Shown: positions 9,217 to 20,100 of the stretch, piece after piece
How the letters are laid out: every line of letters starts with the position of its first letter
Numbering within the stretch: position 1 is the stretch's first letter
Virus record (IMG/VR): IMGVR_UViG_3300043446_003193
Coordinates: 145,444-209,443 of that record
DNA: 64,000 nucleotides
Strand: one strand, 5' to 3'
Program-made: the position numbers and the translations under genes
Notes under the pieces: model-generated
The model's input: the letters and a program-made list of their open reading frames with translations, nothing else
Databases searched by the model: none
What the model was told of the DNA's origin: nothing

Positions 9217-9509
9217 TAGTCTTTTTTTCTTAATGCTGCTAAATCAGAACCTTCAATTTCTCCGTCTTTATCAACATCAATTTGTTTTTGCTTATCAGTC
9301 AATTCTGCTTCATTATATCCTCTTAATCTACCTTCTGATTTTGCTTTATAAGCAGTATCAACCGCATTAAAGAATTTTTTCTTATCATCATCACTCATAG
9401 AGCTGATATCTTTGCCACTCTTATCTAACATATGTTTAAACAATTGCTGATAATCGTTTTCTTCTTTAACTACCTGACGGATAAGTTCTTTTAATTGTGA
9501 TGTTTTCAT
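9216..9509 (-). CDS. Small head-module protein with EF-hand-like loop
   Basis: DVDKDGEIEGSD; N-terminal LKELIRQVVKEE. Confidence 0.55.
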   Translation of the reverse strand: MKTSQLKELIRQVVKEENDYQQLFKHMLDKSGKDISSMSDDDKKKFFNAVDTAYKAKSEGRLRGYNEAELTDKQKQIDVDKDGEIEGSDLAALRKKD

Positions 9510-10106
9510 TTATTCTGATATTTTACGAATTTGTTGCTCTAATTTTATCAATCTTTCCTTTATAGTATAAATATGTTTATTTGTTCTTTTCCAAAAATTC
9601 TGATTACTTACACCACTTTCTTGCTTTATTTTACCATACCAATTCAAAAACCTTTCCATTTCAGCAAGTTGTTTACTTATATTAGAAATTCCTTTTCCTA
9701 TTTTGTGTGTTGCAGGAACATTTTCTTTTTTAAGTTCTAACCAACGATTTTCTTTAACAACACTATATCCAGTTAAATCTGCTTGCCTTTTTCCTTTAGA
9801 TTTTTCATCACCTTTTTTAGTGAACGCATATGGAGTATTATAAGGACCAGCCGCATCGCTAGTTGTCATTTCATCAACCATTCGTTCTCTAACCATTTTA
9901 CGAATGATTTCTTTTATTTTTTGAAGTTCTTCTTCCTTTTTATCAGGTAATCCAGCGTGTTTTGTAGATGCAAAATCTTTAGCATCTTTATCGGACATTG
10001 AATCTGCTGCTTTTTGTACTTCTGGAGATGGGTTTTCCATATCACCTTTTTGAGCGGCATGAACCATTCCCATAAATCTTTGTTGTGCTTTAGATACTGC
10101 TGGCAT
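9510..10106 (-). CDS. Modular head-module protein, DUF3008-like N-terminus
   Basis: PAVSKAQQRFMG...SMS....DFASTKH.GLPDK motif. Confidence 0.55.
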   Translation of the reverse strand: MPAVSKAQQRFMGMVHAAQKGDMENPSPEVQKAADSMSDKDAKDFASTKHAGLPDKKEEELQKIKEIIRKMVRERMVDEMTTSDAAGPYNTPYAFTKKGDEKSKGKRQADLTGYSVVKENRWLELKKENVPATHKIGKGISNISKQLAEMERFLNWYGKIKQESGVSNQNFWKRTNKHIYTIKERLIKLEQQIRKISE

Positions 10107-10122
10107 TTTTAATAAATTTAAA

Positions 10123-10359
10123 TTATTGTAATACTATAACCGAACCGGTTAAATTAATTAATGCTGCAGGATAACAAGGAAATATCTGATGGTTATCTAT
10201 TGAAGCCAAACTTATACTACCACCACCCTCTAATGCTATACTTCCACTAGGATTTCCTTCCCCTCTCATTATACCCCAAACATTTGGATAGTTTGTACCT
10301 GGACCTAATGCAACTGAAGAAGATACTATTGTTACTTTGTATGCTCTATAATTTGTCAT
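10123..10359 (-). CDS. Small beta-rich hypothetical protein (possible decoration protein)
   Basis: 78-aa ORF in the head module. Confidence 0.45.
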   Translation of the reverse strand: MTNYRAYKVTIVSSSVALGPGTNYPNVWGIMRGEGNPSGSIALEGGGSISLASIDNHQIFPCYPAALINLTGSVIVLQ

Positions 10360-10362
10360 TTT

Positions 10363-11238
10363 TTATTTTTTTATTGATTCCTTTAATTCTTTTAATAATT
10401 CATAACTCATCATCAATGCAGATAAATGTTGTTCTTTAATCTTTTTTACAGATTTAATTTTTTTAATATTTGCAATTGTTTCTGCTAATTTGATTTTAGT
10501 AACTTTATCTGAAATTTTTGAACCAACTTCTTTTAAATTAGTAACTATGTTTGAAACTTCATTACTAACATATTCATTTAACTTACCAGTATTATTGATA
10601 TTGTTGATATATTCTCTCAATAATCCTTTTTGTTCTTCAGTAAGGTTTTTGTATTTTGTATTAAAACTTTCTACTAATAACTTGTAAGATACTGCTCTTA
10701 AATCCTCATCTTGTTTTTTATATTCTTCTAAAACAGCATCTTTCATTTTAGAATCTTTATTTTGAATAGAAGAGTTGATAATATTTTCTGCAATTGTAAA
10801 ACGAGATGAAACTATATCAGTTGGGTCAAATTGTTCATCTGATGTAACTGTTTCAAAAATTTTATAAATAGATGCTAATGTTTTATAATTAGAAATTGGA
10901 GATTTAATAAACTCATCTAAATTATAAGTTTCTTTAATCTCTTTAATAAGATTATATTTTTCTTTTGTAAGTTTTTTCTCGTCTAATCTTTTACGAGCTT
11001 CTAAAATCGTATTGATGAATTGATCAGCTTTTGATTCTGAATTATATTTTTCATTAATAAGATATTGGTATAATTTCAATTCTTTTGATAATTCTTTTTT
11101 AGAATTAAAATATTCTTTTAGAATTTTTTCTGCTACGGACTTATTTGCAGACATTATTTCTGCGGTAATTTGTCTTACTAGTAATTCAAATATAAAACCA
11201 GTATTTTTAAATTTAGAATGTTTAATTTTTTTCATCAA
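10363..11238 (-). CDS. Conserved-looking hypothetical protein downstream of portal
   Basis: 291-aa ORF, KHSKFKNTG.IFELLVRQIT N-terminus; own ATATTTATA motif at 11257-11265. Confidence 0.55.
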   Translation of the reverse strand: MMKKIKHSKFKNTGFIFELLVRQITAEIMSANKSVAEKILKEYFNSKKELSKELKLYQYLINEKYNSESKADQFINTILEARKRLDEKKLTKEKYNLIKEIKETYNLDEFIKSPISNYKTLASIYKIFETVTSDEQFDPTDIVSSRFTIAENIINSSIQNKDSKMKDAVLEEYKKQDEDLRAVSYKLLVESFNTKYKNLTEEQKGLLREYINNINNTGKLNEYVSNEVSNIVTNLKEVGSKISDKVTKIKLAETIANIKKIKSVKKIKEQHLSALMMSYELLKELKESIKK

Positions 11239-11282
11239 TTGATATAGTTAATCAGATATAAATATATTTTTCTATTAGTTTA

Positions 11283-13031
11283 TTACTCTTTTGTTAAATC
11301 TTCTGTCAAAATCTTCTTTTTGTTACCATTCATATCTTTGAAAACTTCTAAATATGAATTTTTTGGAACATATTTTTTAACAGAACCTTCTTTCGCTTTA
11401 AGAGTTTTTATTCCTAATGGGTCTCTACCTTCTGGATGGTCATCCTTACCATATCTAACTGGGTCTTTAGGTCTACCAACCCCATCTTCCTCTAATTCTG
11501 CTTTTAATTTATTTAATTCTTCTTCAACATTTGTAGGGCCTTCGGTTCCAGTTTCTTTTGCTGGATCTACACCCTGTGTTTCAATTGATGTTAAACGGAA
11601 TGTTTGTTTAGTATCTTCTAATATTGAAAGTGTTTGCTCATCTTGTTCATCTTTAGCCATTCCCATTATAGCTTGATACATCCATTCTTTAGAGAACATT
11701 TTTGTTTGTTGCATTTGTTGAATTAATGCAACTTTAGATGTATACAACTCTACTTTCTCTTGCTCATAAATTTTAGATGGAATAGTTAATTCCAATGTAA
11801 AGTTTGTTAAACGGTCATCATCAATACCTTGTGCGTATAAGTGGATGATTGCAATTTTGGTTAATTCAGAAACCATAACTCTTTGTATTCTCTCAATGGT
11901 TTTTGCAAATCTAACATCCATCGCTGCAAGAGTTGCTTTACCATTTGTATCTTCTTCATATCCTAAATATGCTTTTGGAATTTGAAGTGCTGCCATCAAT
12001 TTATTTTTAAGATAATTGATGTCTTCAATCATATTGTATTCCAACCCTTTTAGAGTATCAATTGAAGTACCATTATCATTACCTCTTACTGGCATATAAT
12101 AATCTTCAATCAAATTCTGTATATTGTATTTTAAATTATATTCACCCGTTCTTTCATCAACAAATGGAACTTTTTTAGATGCATTTATAATTTTTTGCAT
12201 GTAGTTATCTACCTCATTTGGTGGAATATTACCTACATCAATTTTAAAGATTCGTTTTTCAGGTGCTCTCATTACTCTATGAATCAACATAGCATCTTCC
12301 ATCAACATCAATTGTTTCCAAACTCTTCTTGCACCTTCTAACATTGATTTACCATATGGAAGGAAGTTGGAATCGTTATTTAAACGGAAGTGAGCAACTT
12401 CATAATTTTCAAATTCTTTTTTAGGAGTTTGTCCATAAGAACCCAATGGGTTTTGATATGGAGCGTATACAAATTTAACTCTTTGTGGATTTTGTTGGTC
12501 AAACCCTTCAACTCTACTAACTTCATATGAAGAAAGTGGCATAACATTTACAATACCAATTCCTTCTTCTGCTGCGATTTCTAATTGTAAATATAAATCA
12601 CCATATTTTACTAAATTTCTTGTCCATGGCCATAAGTTAAATTCAACATTTAAAATATCGTAGAAAAGATTTTCTAATATTTGTTTTACATTATCATCTT
12701 CGTGATGAATTTTTAAAACATTACCCATTTCATTTCTAGCAGTACACTCATCTGCATATGTATTTAATGCTGATGATAGTATTGGGTCTGTATCCATTGA
12801 ATCGTAATCTCTGAACAAGTCAATTCTAACTTGTTGATATGCCATTGATGATTCAATGTTACCAGTTCCATAATTTGTAACCTTTAATTTCATAAAGCGG
12901 TCAACAAGATTAGTGGTCATATTTTGCCACTCATCTGTATCAATTACTTTAACTCCCTTTTCGGTTTTACGAACTATGGTGTTTGTTGAAAATAATTTTT
13001 GTAACCTGCCTAATACTGATTTATCTGCCAT
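11283..13031 (-). CDS. gp20: Portal protein, T4 gp20 family
   Basis: PYGKSMLE.ARR.WKQL.LMEDAMLIHR..RAPEKRIFKIDVGN.PP, EDYYMP.RG, IDTL.G motifs. Confidence 0.95.
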   Translation of the reverse strand: MADKSVLGRLQKLFSTNTIVRKTEKGVKVIDTDEWQNMTTNLVDRFMKLKVTNYGTGNIESSMAYQQVRIDLFRDYDSMDTDPILSSALNTYADECTARNEMGNVLKIHHEDDNVKQILENLFYDILNVEFNLWPWTRNLVKYGDLYLQLEIAAEEGIGIVNVMPLSSYEVSRVEGFDQQNPQRVKFVYAPYQNPLGSYGQTPKKEFENYEVAHFRLNNDSNFLPYGKSMLEGARRVWKQLMLMEDAMLIHRVMRAPEKRIFKIDVGNIPPNEVDNYMQKIINASKKVPFVDERTGEYNLKYNIQNLIEDYYMPVRGNDNGTSIDTLKGLEYNMIEDINYLKNKLMAALQIPKAYLGYEEDTNGKATLAAMDVRFAKTIERIQRVMVSELTKIAIIHLYAQGIDDDRLTNFTLELTIPSKIYEQEKVELYTSKVALIQQMQQTKMFSKEWMYQAIMGMAKDEQDEQTLSILEDTKQTFRLTSIETQGVDPAKETGTEGPTNVEEELNKLKAELEEDGVGRPKDPVRYGKDDHPEGRDPLGIKTLKAKEGSVKKYVPKNSYLEVFKDMNGNKKKILTEDLTKE

Positions 13032-13051
13032 TTTGTTTTATATAATTTTTT

Positions 13052-13083
13052 TGAAGATACGAAAAATAATTGGAATTACCAAG
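13052..13083 (-). promoter_or_regulatory. Bacteroidota sigma70-type promoter upstream of portal
   Basis: CTTG-N20-TATCTTCA, same architecture as six other copies. Confidence 0.5.
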
Positions 13084-14143
13084 CTCTACAACTCCAATAT
13101 CTTGCTTTCCATCTTGGGCCTGGATTATCACAATTATGTCTCGCTCTAAAATTCTTTCTTCTTTCTGGATTATCTTTTTTAATAACCATTCTCTTTCCTT
13201 TTGCAGATGTACCACCAAATCCAAAGTTTACTTTAACAACATTTCCTTTGTCGTTTTTAACATATACTTTAAATTTCTTTACATCACCTTGCATTGGTTT
13301 ACCTAATTTAACACTTCTACCTTGATATTCTGCTTCATATACACAATTACAATTTGCCTCTGCAAGTTGTTTGGTATATTCTCTCATAAATTTAATAAAA
13401 TCATGAGTATCTTGTTCGTTTTCTACATCATACTCATCAATTTCTGTTGCGTCATCTCCATAGTATCCACCAGGTTGGTCGTTTTCTTTTACAGGTACAC
13501 AGTTTGGAACCATTTTACCATTTTTCATTTTACCACCAATTTCTCTATATCCATCCCAACATTCATGTAATGCATTTAGTTCTCCTAAACTTTCATCACA
13601 TTTTCTCCAACCACCACCTTTTTCTTTGTAGTTTTTTGCGGCCCATCCATTTGCATATGCTGATGGGTATACATCAAATTTAGACTTAGCAGCGGATTTA
13701 GATGCTGCCCATTTACCAGGGTCTGTTGGGCAATTCTTTTCTAAGAATAAATTTAGTTTTTCTTCTATATTCATAGTTTCATTTTTTTTCTTTCCTGCGC
13801 AATGTGCTTTTTGACTAAAACCTTTTGGATTATTACAGTCTATACTATTTTTATATTTTTGACTCCAATCTTCATTTTTTGGTTTAGTAGAAACATATAT
13901 AGGTGTTTTACCTTGTCCACTACTATCTTTACCACCTCTTCCCGCATCGTTTTGTGCAGCTCTCTTTCTACGAGTTGCACTTTCTTTCTCTTTCTTACTC
14001 ATTCCGGCAGCTTTTGCAGCGGGAACACATTTGGCATATCCACTTTTATCTCCAGAAGTTCCACATGGTGGGTGTTTACCATCAACTTTCTTGCCGATGT
14101 TTACCCATTTTTCTTTAAACCATTTATTTAAATCTTCGTTCAT
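13076..14143 (-). CDS. Modular basic protein made of short Cys/Trp/Lys-rich cassettes (putative internal-head polyprotein)
   Basis: Cassettes such as KWFKEKWV..CG..KCVP, SIDCNNPKGFSQKAHC, YPSAYANGW, CWDGY..KMVPNCVP, KVYV..NFG..FRARHNC..YWSCRAW, separated by x-N-E or hydrophobic-x-E. Confidence 0.6.
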   Translation of the reverse strand: MNEDLNKWFKEKWVNIGKKVDGKHPPCGTSGDKSGYAKCVPAAKAAGMSKKEKESATRRKRAAQNDAGRGGKDSSGQGKTPIYVSTKPKNEDWSQKYKNSIDCNNPKGFSQKAHCAGKKKNETMNIEEKLNLFLEKNCPTDPGKWAASKSAAKSKFDVYPSAYANGWAAKNYKEKGGGWRKCDESLGELNALHECWDGYREIGGKMKNGKMVPNCVPVKENDQPGGYYGDDATEIDEYDVENEQDTHDFIKFMREYTKQLAEANCNCVYEAEYQGRSVKLGKPMQGDVKKFKVYVKNDKGNVVKVNFGFGGTSAKGKRMVIKKDNPERRKNFRARHNCDNPGPRWKARYWSCRAW

Positions 14144-14174
14144 CTATAAGAGTTTCAACATATAAATATAAAAT

Positions 14175-15782
14175 TTATCCAATTAACCAGGTTAAATTTT
14201 CTGTTCCTTTTTTTCCTAAATCCATTTCATATGGATTTTGTTTTAAATGGTTAGTGGATATTAATCCTTCATATTTGTTTATTTGTGTTGCACCTAACAT
14301 ACTTTTAGTTAAGTCAATACCTTCTTGTTTTAAACGAAGTGCTGTATTTCTAACCCAAAGTCCAATTGCCATAGCCATTGTCAAGTCATCATTATAACCC
14401 TTCATAGCTTCTGCTCTTCCAGCTTGCCAAATAAATGTAAATAATTCATCTATCAATCTACCAGAACGAATAAGGATATCTTTATCGTTTATGTAGGTAT
14501 CTAATGTTGAAATAATAAGAGGACGAGTTTTTGATGTAGTAGAGAATCCTGCAACCATTTTCTTTTCATCTCTATAAAATTTACTACTCATTTGTTTTTC
14601 TACATCAATATATTTTAAATCAACACTCATATAAAATAGATTTCCGTATCCTCTATCTATACATTGTTGAATTGTAGACCATCCTACGTTTGAGTTTTCT
14701 ACTACTAGTAATGCGTTGTTCCATTCGGTTGCAACGGCTACTAAAAAGTTTCCAAAGTCTTTTGTTTCAATTTTACCTCTATATTCTGCAACTTGAGAAC
14801 TATCCTCAATATCAATAACCTGAAAAGTAGAATAATCCGAACCATCTCCTCTCGCTACGTCGGCCACTACCATATATTGTCTATTATAATTTGGATGTTC
14901 CCATTTCCAATAGTTACCATCAAACCCAGTTTTTTCTATCGGGTCCATCACATATGTATCTTTATACCACATCAATAATTGAGGATCTATTACAGTGTCA
15001 CCAGAAGATACGAAGTCACAGTCACATTCTTGTGCTGCACCTTTAACTCCTAAGATTCTTGTTTGTTCATCTCTCCACGCTTGATTTCTTTCAGGGTGTA
15101 CAGTCCAATGTAGATTAATACAATTAAACCCGTTTGAACCATTTTCTCCTTCAACCCACATTTTATGGAACCAGTTACCCACACCATTAGGAGTAGATAA
15201 TACAATAGCAGCACCACCCGTTGAAAGTGTTGACTGTGCTGATAACCAAATTTCATCAATATCTCTAATGAATGCGGCCTCATCCACAACTAATAGGGAT
15301 AGGGCTTCCGAACGTCCTGCATCAGGAGAACTTGCAATTGCTTTTACTTGAGAACCATTTTTTAATTTAAGAGAAAGTTTGTTATCTTCAGCTGCTGCGG
15401 TTGAACCATCTCTTAACCAAACAGGAAGAAGGTCATGCATTACTCTAACCTTTTCAACAAGGTTTTTGGCTACCGTAACTTTTGTTGCAATAACCAATGC
15501 ATTAAAATCTTGATTAAATAACATTTTCCAAAGAATGTATCCTGCAGAAAGTGTTGAAAGACCTAACTGACGGGATTTAAGAATAATGTTAAAACGATTA
15601 TCTTTAAAATCTGTTAAACATCCCTCCTGGAAAGGATAAAGGTGAAAGGGTATTTTTCCTCTCACCGGGTGCTGAATTACACAATATTTTTTCATAAAGT
15701 AAATGGGGTCTCCCGCACACTTACGATATTCTTCAGCGATTATCTCTTTCAGGCTCTTCTTTGGTTGAGCTTGAGCTTGCAT
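14175..15782 (-). CDS. gp17: Terminase large subunit, T4 gp17 family
   Basis: LYPFQ, KSRQLGLST (Walker A), LLVVDEAAF (Walker B), STPNG, DVARG.G.DYS, DDL.MA nuclease motifs. Confidence 0.96.
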   Translation of the reverse strand: MQAQAQPKKSLKEIIAEEYRKCAGDPIYFMKKYCVIQHPVRGKIPFHLYPFQEGCLTDFKDNRFNIILKSRQLGLSTLSAGYILWKMLFNQDFNALVIATKVTVAKNLVEKVRVMHDLLPVWLRDGSTAAAEDNKLSLKLKNGSQVKAIASSPDAGRSEALSLLVVDEAAFIRDIDEIWLSAQSTLSTGGAAIVLSTPNGVGNWFHKMWVEGENGSNGFNCINLHWTVHPERNQAWRDEQTRILGVKGAAQECDCDFVSSGDTVIDPQLLMWYKDTYVMDPIEKTGFDGNYWKWEHPNYNRQYMVVADVARGDGSDYSTFQVIDIEDSSQVAEYRGKIETKDFGNFLVAVATEWNNALLVVENSNVGWSTIQQCIDRGYGNLFYMSVDLKYIDVEKQMSSKFYRDEKKMVAGFSTTSKTRPLIISTLDTYINDKDILIRSGRLIDELFTFIWQAGRAEAMKGYNDDLTMAMAIGLWVRNTALRLKQEGIDLTKSMLGATQINKYEGLISTNHLKQNPYEMDLGKKGTENLTWLIG

Positions 15783-16429
15783 TATTTTTTAAATTTAATC
15801 TTCCAATATACACCTGCCCCAACATATGGTGATAAAGAACCATTTGTTCCATCAACCGTTCTGTTTGCAACGCCGGCACCTAATTGGTAAATTTTATCTT
15901 TTTTAGTTTTTACTATAACACCTGCACCTATATTAGATACCACATCTGCTTTATTAAATCCACCATTGAATCCATAATATACTTGTGTTTTAGGTAATTC
16001 TTTAACAATAAGAGTTTCTTTAATTTCTCTTTGTTTTACACTTGCATTGAAAGTTCTACCTAAAATTTTATTTTGTGTAATAGTATCTGTTACTGCTACT
16101 GTACCCAATGAATCAGGCAATCTTAAAGTATCTTTATAAACATTTTTAGCAAAGAAATCTTTTAATAACGCTGCTGTGTCTACTATTGTAGGAATTACAA
16201 CTTCTTTTTCAACAATTGTTTCGTGATAAATATCTGCACCTTTTTTAGTTACAACTTTAGTTTTTACAACTTCAAATGTATCAATATCATGTTTAATAAC
16301 TTCATATTTTTTACCATCAATTCTAACAGTTCTTCCTGGCATTTTACCACCTGGATTAAAATACTCCAATAATACGATTACAACTAATACCGCAATTGCG
16401 ATGTTTTTTAAATTTAATAATTTTTTCAT
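15782..16429 (-). CDS. Membrane-anchored protein with C-terminal beta strands (possible lysis accessory)
   Basis: N-terminal TM helix IAIAVLVVIVLL; Gly/aromatic beta strands ending GVYWKIKF. Confidence 0.5.
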   Translation of the reverse strand: MKKLLNLKNIAIAVLVVIVLLEYFNPGGKMPGRTVRIDGKKYEVIKHDIDTFEVVKTKVVTKKGADIYHETIVEKEVVIPTIVDTAALLKDFFAKNVYKDTLRLPDSLGTVAVTDTITQNKILGRTFNASVKQREIKETLIVKELPKTQVYYGFNGGFNKADVVSNIGAGVIVKTKKDKIYQLGAGVANRTVDGTNGSLSPYVGAGVYWKIKFKK

Positions 16430-16433
16430 AATT

Positions 16434-17102
16434 TTATTTTTTAATTAATTCTGGATGATTTAACTCAACCAACTTTTCTTCTAATAACCTTTTTCTTTCA
16501 ATCAATAATTCTATTGCTTCATAAGAATTATCAATATCTTTTTTTAAATCTTTTTTTACTTTTTCAATGTCAACATCCCAATCCCATTTTGAAATTGTAC
16601 CATCTTCATTAACCATTTCAATTTGTTGTTTCACTCCACCTAAAGCCTCTTCCAATCTATCTTTATATTCTCTTATAAAAGCCAATTTATTTCTGGTTAT
16701 TTTATAATCTTCATAGTACGGATATGTACCATCTATCTTTAGATTTGTTTCTAGTTTTGCTAAACAATTTGTACATAATCCTGTTTTACGGATTAGTTTT
16801 TTGTCTGCCCAACTATATTTTCCAGTCTCACATTTTTCATCAGAACAAGTATTTAATTTTTGTAAATACTGTCTAACATCATCCATTTGTGAATGAGCGA
16901 TTTTAAAACCTTCTTTTTGTTCCCAAGTCTTACCATCAGAATCGGTCCAGATTTCTCCAACCTTTCTTTTTTGCTCACTTTCTTTTTCATAACCAAATAC
17001 TCTTTGAGTATTATCTTCTCTTCCAAAAACCGTGTCTATAATGAGTTTACGAGATTTGTGCATCCCTTTTGCTTTCTCATCAAAACTTTTTCTTTTTGCC
17101 AT
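16434..17102 (-). CDS. Hypothetical protein with Cys cluster
   Basis: C....C and C..C pairs; GEIWTD.DGKTWEQK motif. Confidence 0.55.
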   Translation of the reverse strand: MAKRKSFDEKAKGMHKSRKLIIDTVFGREDNTQRVFGYEKESEQKRKVGEIWTDSDGKTWEQKEGFKIAHSQMDDVRQYLQKLNTCSDEKCETGKYSWADKKLIRKTGLCTNCLAKLETNLKIDGTYPYYEDYKITRNKLAFIREYKDRLEEALGGVKQQIEMVNEDGTISKWDWDVDIEKVKKDLKKDIDNSYEAIELLIERKRLLEEKLVELNHPELIKK

Positions 17103-17138
17103 TGTAACTGTTTAATTTATATATAAATATATATTGTC

Positions 17139-20100
17139 TTATTCATAAAAAATACCAAGTATCTGATTTAATGGTGCGAATGTACCTGTAAGTTTATATG
17201 TTTTTCCATTATAAAAGAATACCAGTCCTTCATTTGCCACTATTCTTTCAATTCCACCCAATCTATTCAATCTACTCAATTCTTGTTTTAATTTTTGAAT
17301 TTGTGCAGGATTGCCAGAAGTTTTAACTTGATCGGCAACTGTTTTTAATCGTGATTTCATTGAACGAATTGCCTTATCAGGATGAACCGTCAATACACTA
17401 CCAACAAATTCTAAAACATCTGCACCTACTCCTAAAAATATTTCTTCAAATGGTTTGATATTATCTTTTTGTTGTTTTGCAACATTTACTTTATCATTAT
17501 TCATTGCCCAGTCTTGTAACTTAGGATTTGATATTGTATTTAATCTAAAAGATTTATCACCAAATGCCCATCTTCTAATTAAAGCTTCTTTTGTAAGTTT
17601 ATCAACTTTAACAGGTGCGTTTGATGTAATCCACCAATCCCACCAACTTTGATGATAATCTGCTACATTATCTGAATCTTTTAATCCAAATTCGGATTGT
17701 AATTTTGAAATCTTAGAAAGATATTTTGATTGTTTAGAACTTAAATCTTCTGATTTTGGAATTTCAGTTATTGGTGGTCCTTGAATTGTGTATTTAGATT
17801 GAACATCTGCATTTACTTGCTTAATCATACCTGCTAATACACTCTCTGCTCCATCCACCTTACCAACAGCGTTTCCTTTTTCATCATATTCTATACAATT
17901 GTGAAATACTAAAAGTGCTTGTCCGTAAGGAATAACATTTACCGAAGTTGGCCAAATTACTTCAATATTCATAAATTTGGTTCCTTCACCAAATACTTTT
18001 TCTCTTTGTTTTTGAGATAATGCAGATACTGCTGCTGAAAGGTCTTTCATTGCGTAATTATATGCATCTGTTAAACCACCTCTTCCGCCAAATTTTGATG
18101 CAACATCTTCAATGCCCATTGCACTTGCTCCACCATTTGATAAATGTCCTTTATTTCTAGCTGCAATTAATCTACCATTTTTCCAGCTGATTGCTAACGC
18201 CTGTCCATCGGTTTTTTCTCTTACTACACCTAAATCCCCATTAAGTGCTTTTGTAACGATATCTTTAAGGTGTCCAAATGTCAAATCCATATCATCAAAT
18301 GGATGACTCATATGACCATATGCCCCACCTTCCATTAATAGACCTTCTTTTAAAAATTCAGTTGGTTTTTCATCAAATCTAGGTAGGTTTCTTGCAGAAT
18401 ATTTTACAGTATATTGGGTTTCATCTTCATCACCCCATATTGCATCTGCTATTGGAAAATCCATCTGCGTATATCCACCACTATAATACCAATCATCTCC
18501 TTTATTTACACCATCGTCTGCGTCTAATTTTCTAGTATGTCCTTTTGGTAAATAAGCACCATCGGCTTGAGAATCTGCATCAGCTAATCCACTTATTTCA
18601 TTTATATACATTTCAATATCTTCGTATAATTTTGAAATTTGTTCGTCAAAGTTAGGTTTGATGTTTAATTCTTTTTCCATTTTAGTTATCTCATCATATC
18701 CCATATTTCTCAATGATCTTGCAACATCATTTGCTTTATATCCGTTTGGATTTCCGAATAAGTATGCATTTATTCTTTTTCTGAATGTTGAATTTTTATA
18801 TGCATCAATTAAATTTTTAAAATGAACATCATTGGAACCCATTTCATCTATTTTACGAAATGTAGTTGCCTGTCTTCCATTTATTGTTGGCATTCCATGA
18901 TCATCCTTTCCAATATCTTTAACTTGTACCTTTTTATTTTTAAACTTACCCATTAAAATAGTATCACCCGTATCAACATCTACATTAACATCTTCTTTGT
19001 TAATTTCAATTGCTGCCAGTTGCTTTTTAGCAGATGCTAACGAATCATGAGTTCCTAATCTATCTCCACCATTTTTTGGATATACAACATATTTGTCACC
19101 AACTTTTTTTATGGTTTCGTTTACATTTTCATTGTAGATTTGTTTGTTGATTCTACCATATTCTCTCATTAGAATTCCTGCAACTGCATGTGCTTGGTTT
19201 TCTATTGGAGAACCATCTGCACCATCTTTTTCTAAATTTCTAACTAACCCCAATTCATCTTGCTTTCTATGAACCATTTCATGTGCAAGAGTTCTTAGGA
19301 TATCTGCTGTTAATCTACCTTCGGTTGCAACATATATGGATTTATCTTCAGGATTATATCCACCTAAACTTGTTTTTACTTCTGCGAATTCTCTTCCACC
19401 AACTAATGTAACATTTGGTGTTTCTTTTAATTTTAATCTTTTAGTTGCAAATTCTACAAAATGTTGAATAGATTGTTGTTTTGTTTCTGATAAATTTTCA
19501 TTTAAAGAAAACTTACTAATCATTTTTTTATTATTCCAACTATCTGCTATTTTTTCCGCAATTTCAGGAGTAATATCCATATTTTCTATTCTTTCTGCAA
19601 TTGCGGCTGCAAATATATTTAGTGCACTTGCTTCATCAATATCTTCGGCAAAAATAGCAGCTTTTCCTACACCAGTTGCAACTACTTCTGTTACAGCATG
19701 TGGTATCAATTCCATAGCCGTATGTTTTACCAACCCAGCAGCACCATGTGCCAATCCGCCACCAACTGCTGCAAATAATGCTGTTGTAGCTATTTTAATA
19801 CCAACGGATTTTAAAGCTTTTTTCTGCTTATCATCTAATTTACCACCAGCCATTAAAGTTTTTACACTACTACCAGCTGTTTTAAATGTATCATATTCAT
19901 GCTTCAAACCATGCATAATTGCATGTCCAGCACCTTTTGCTTTGTCCATTATAGCCTGACCCCAACTTCTTCTCTCATCGTGTCCTTCTTTTTTATTTAA
20001 TAACTTAGAAAAAGTTTGTTTTTCTTCTTTACTCCAATTTTTTACTTTTTCTTGTATTCTTTTTACTTGACCTTCTTTTGTATTTCCTGATTTTTCTTTT

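Noticed and set aside
13021-13224. Alternative-frame minus ORFs (13021..13224, also 15050, 20714, 29983, 36919, 44383)
   Set aside because: Nested in well-supported genes, no independent evidence
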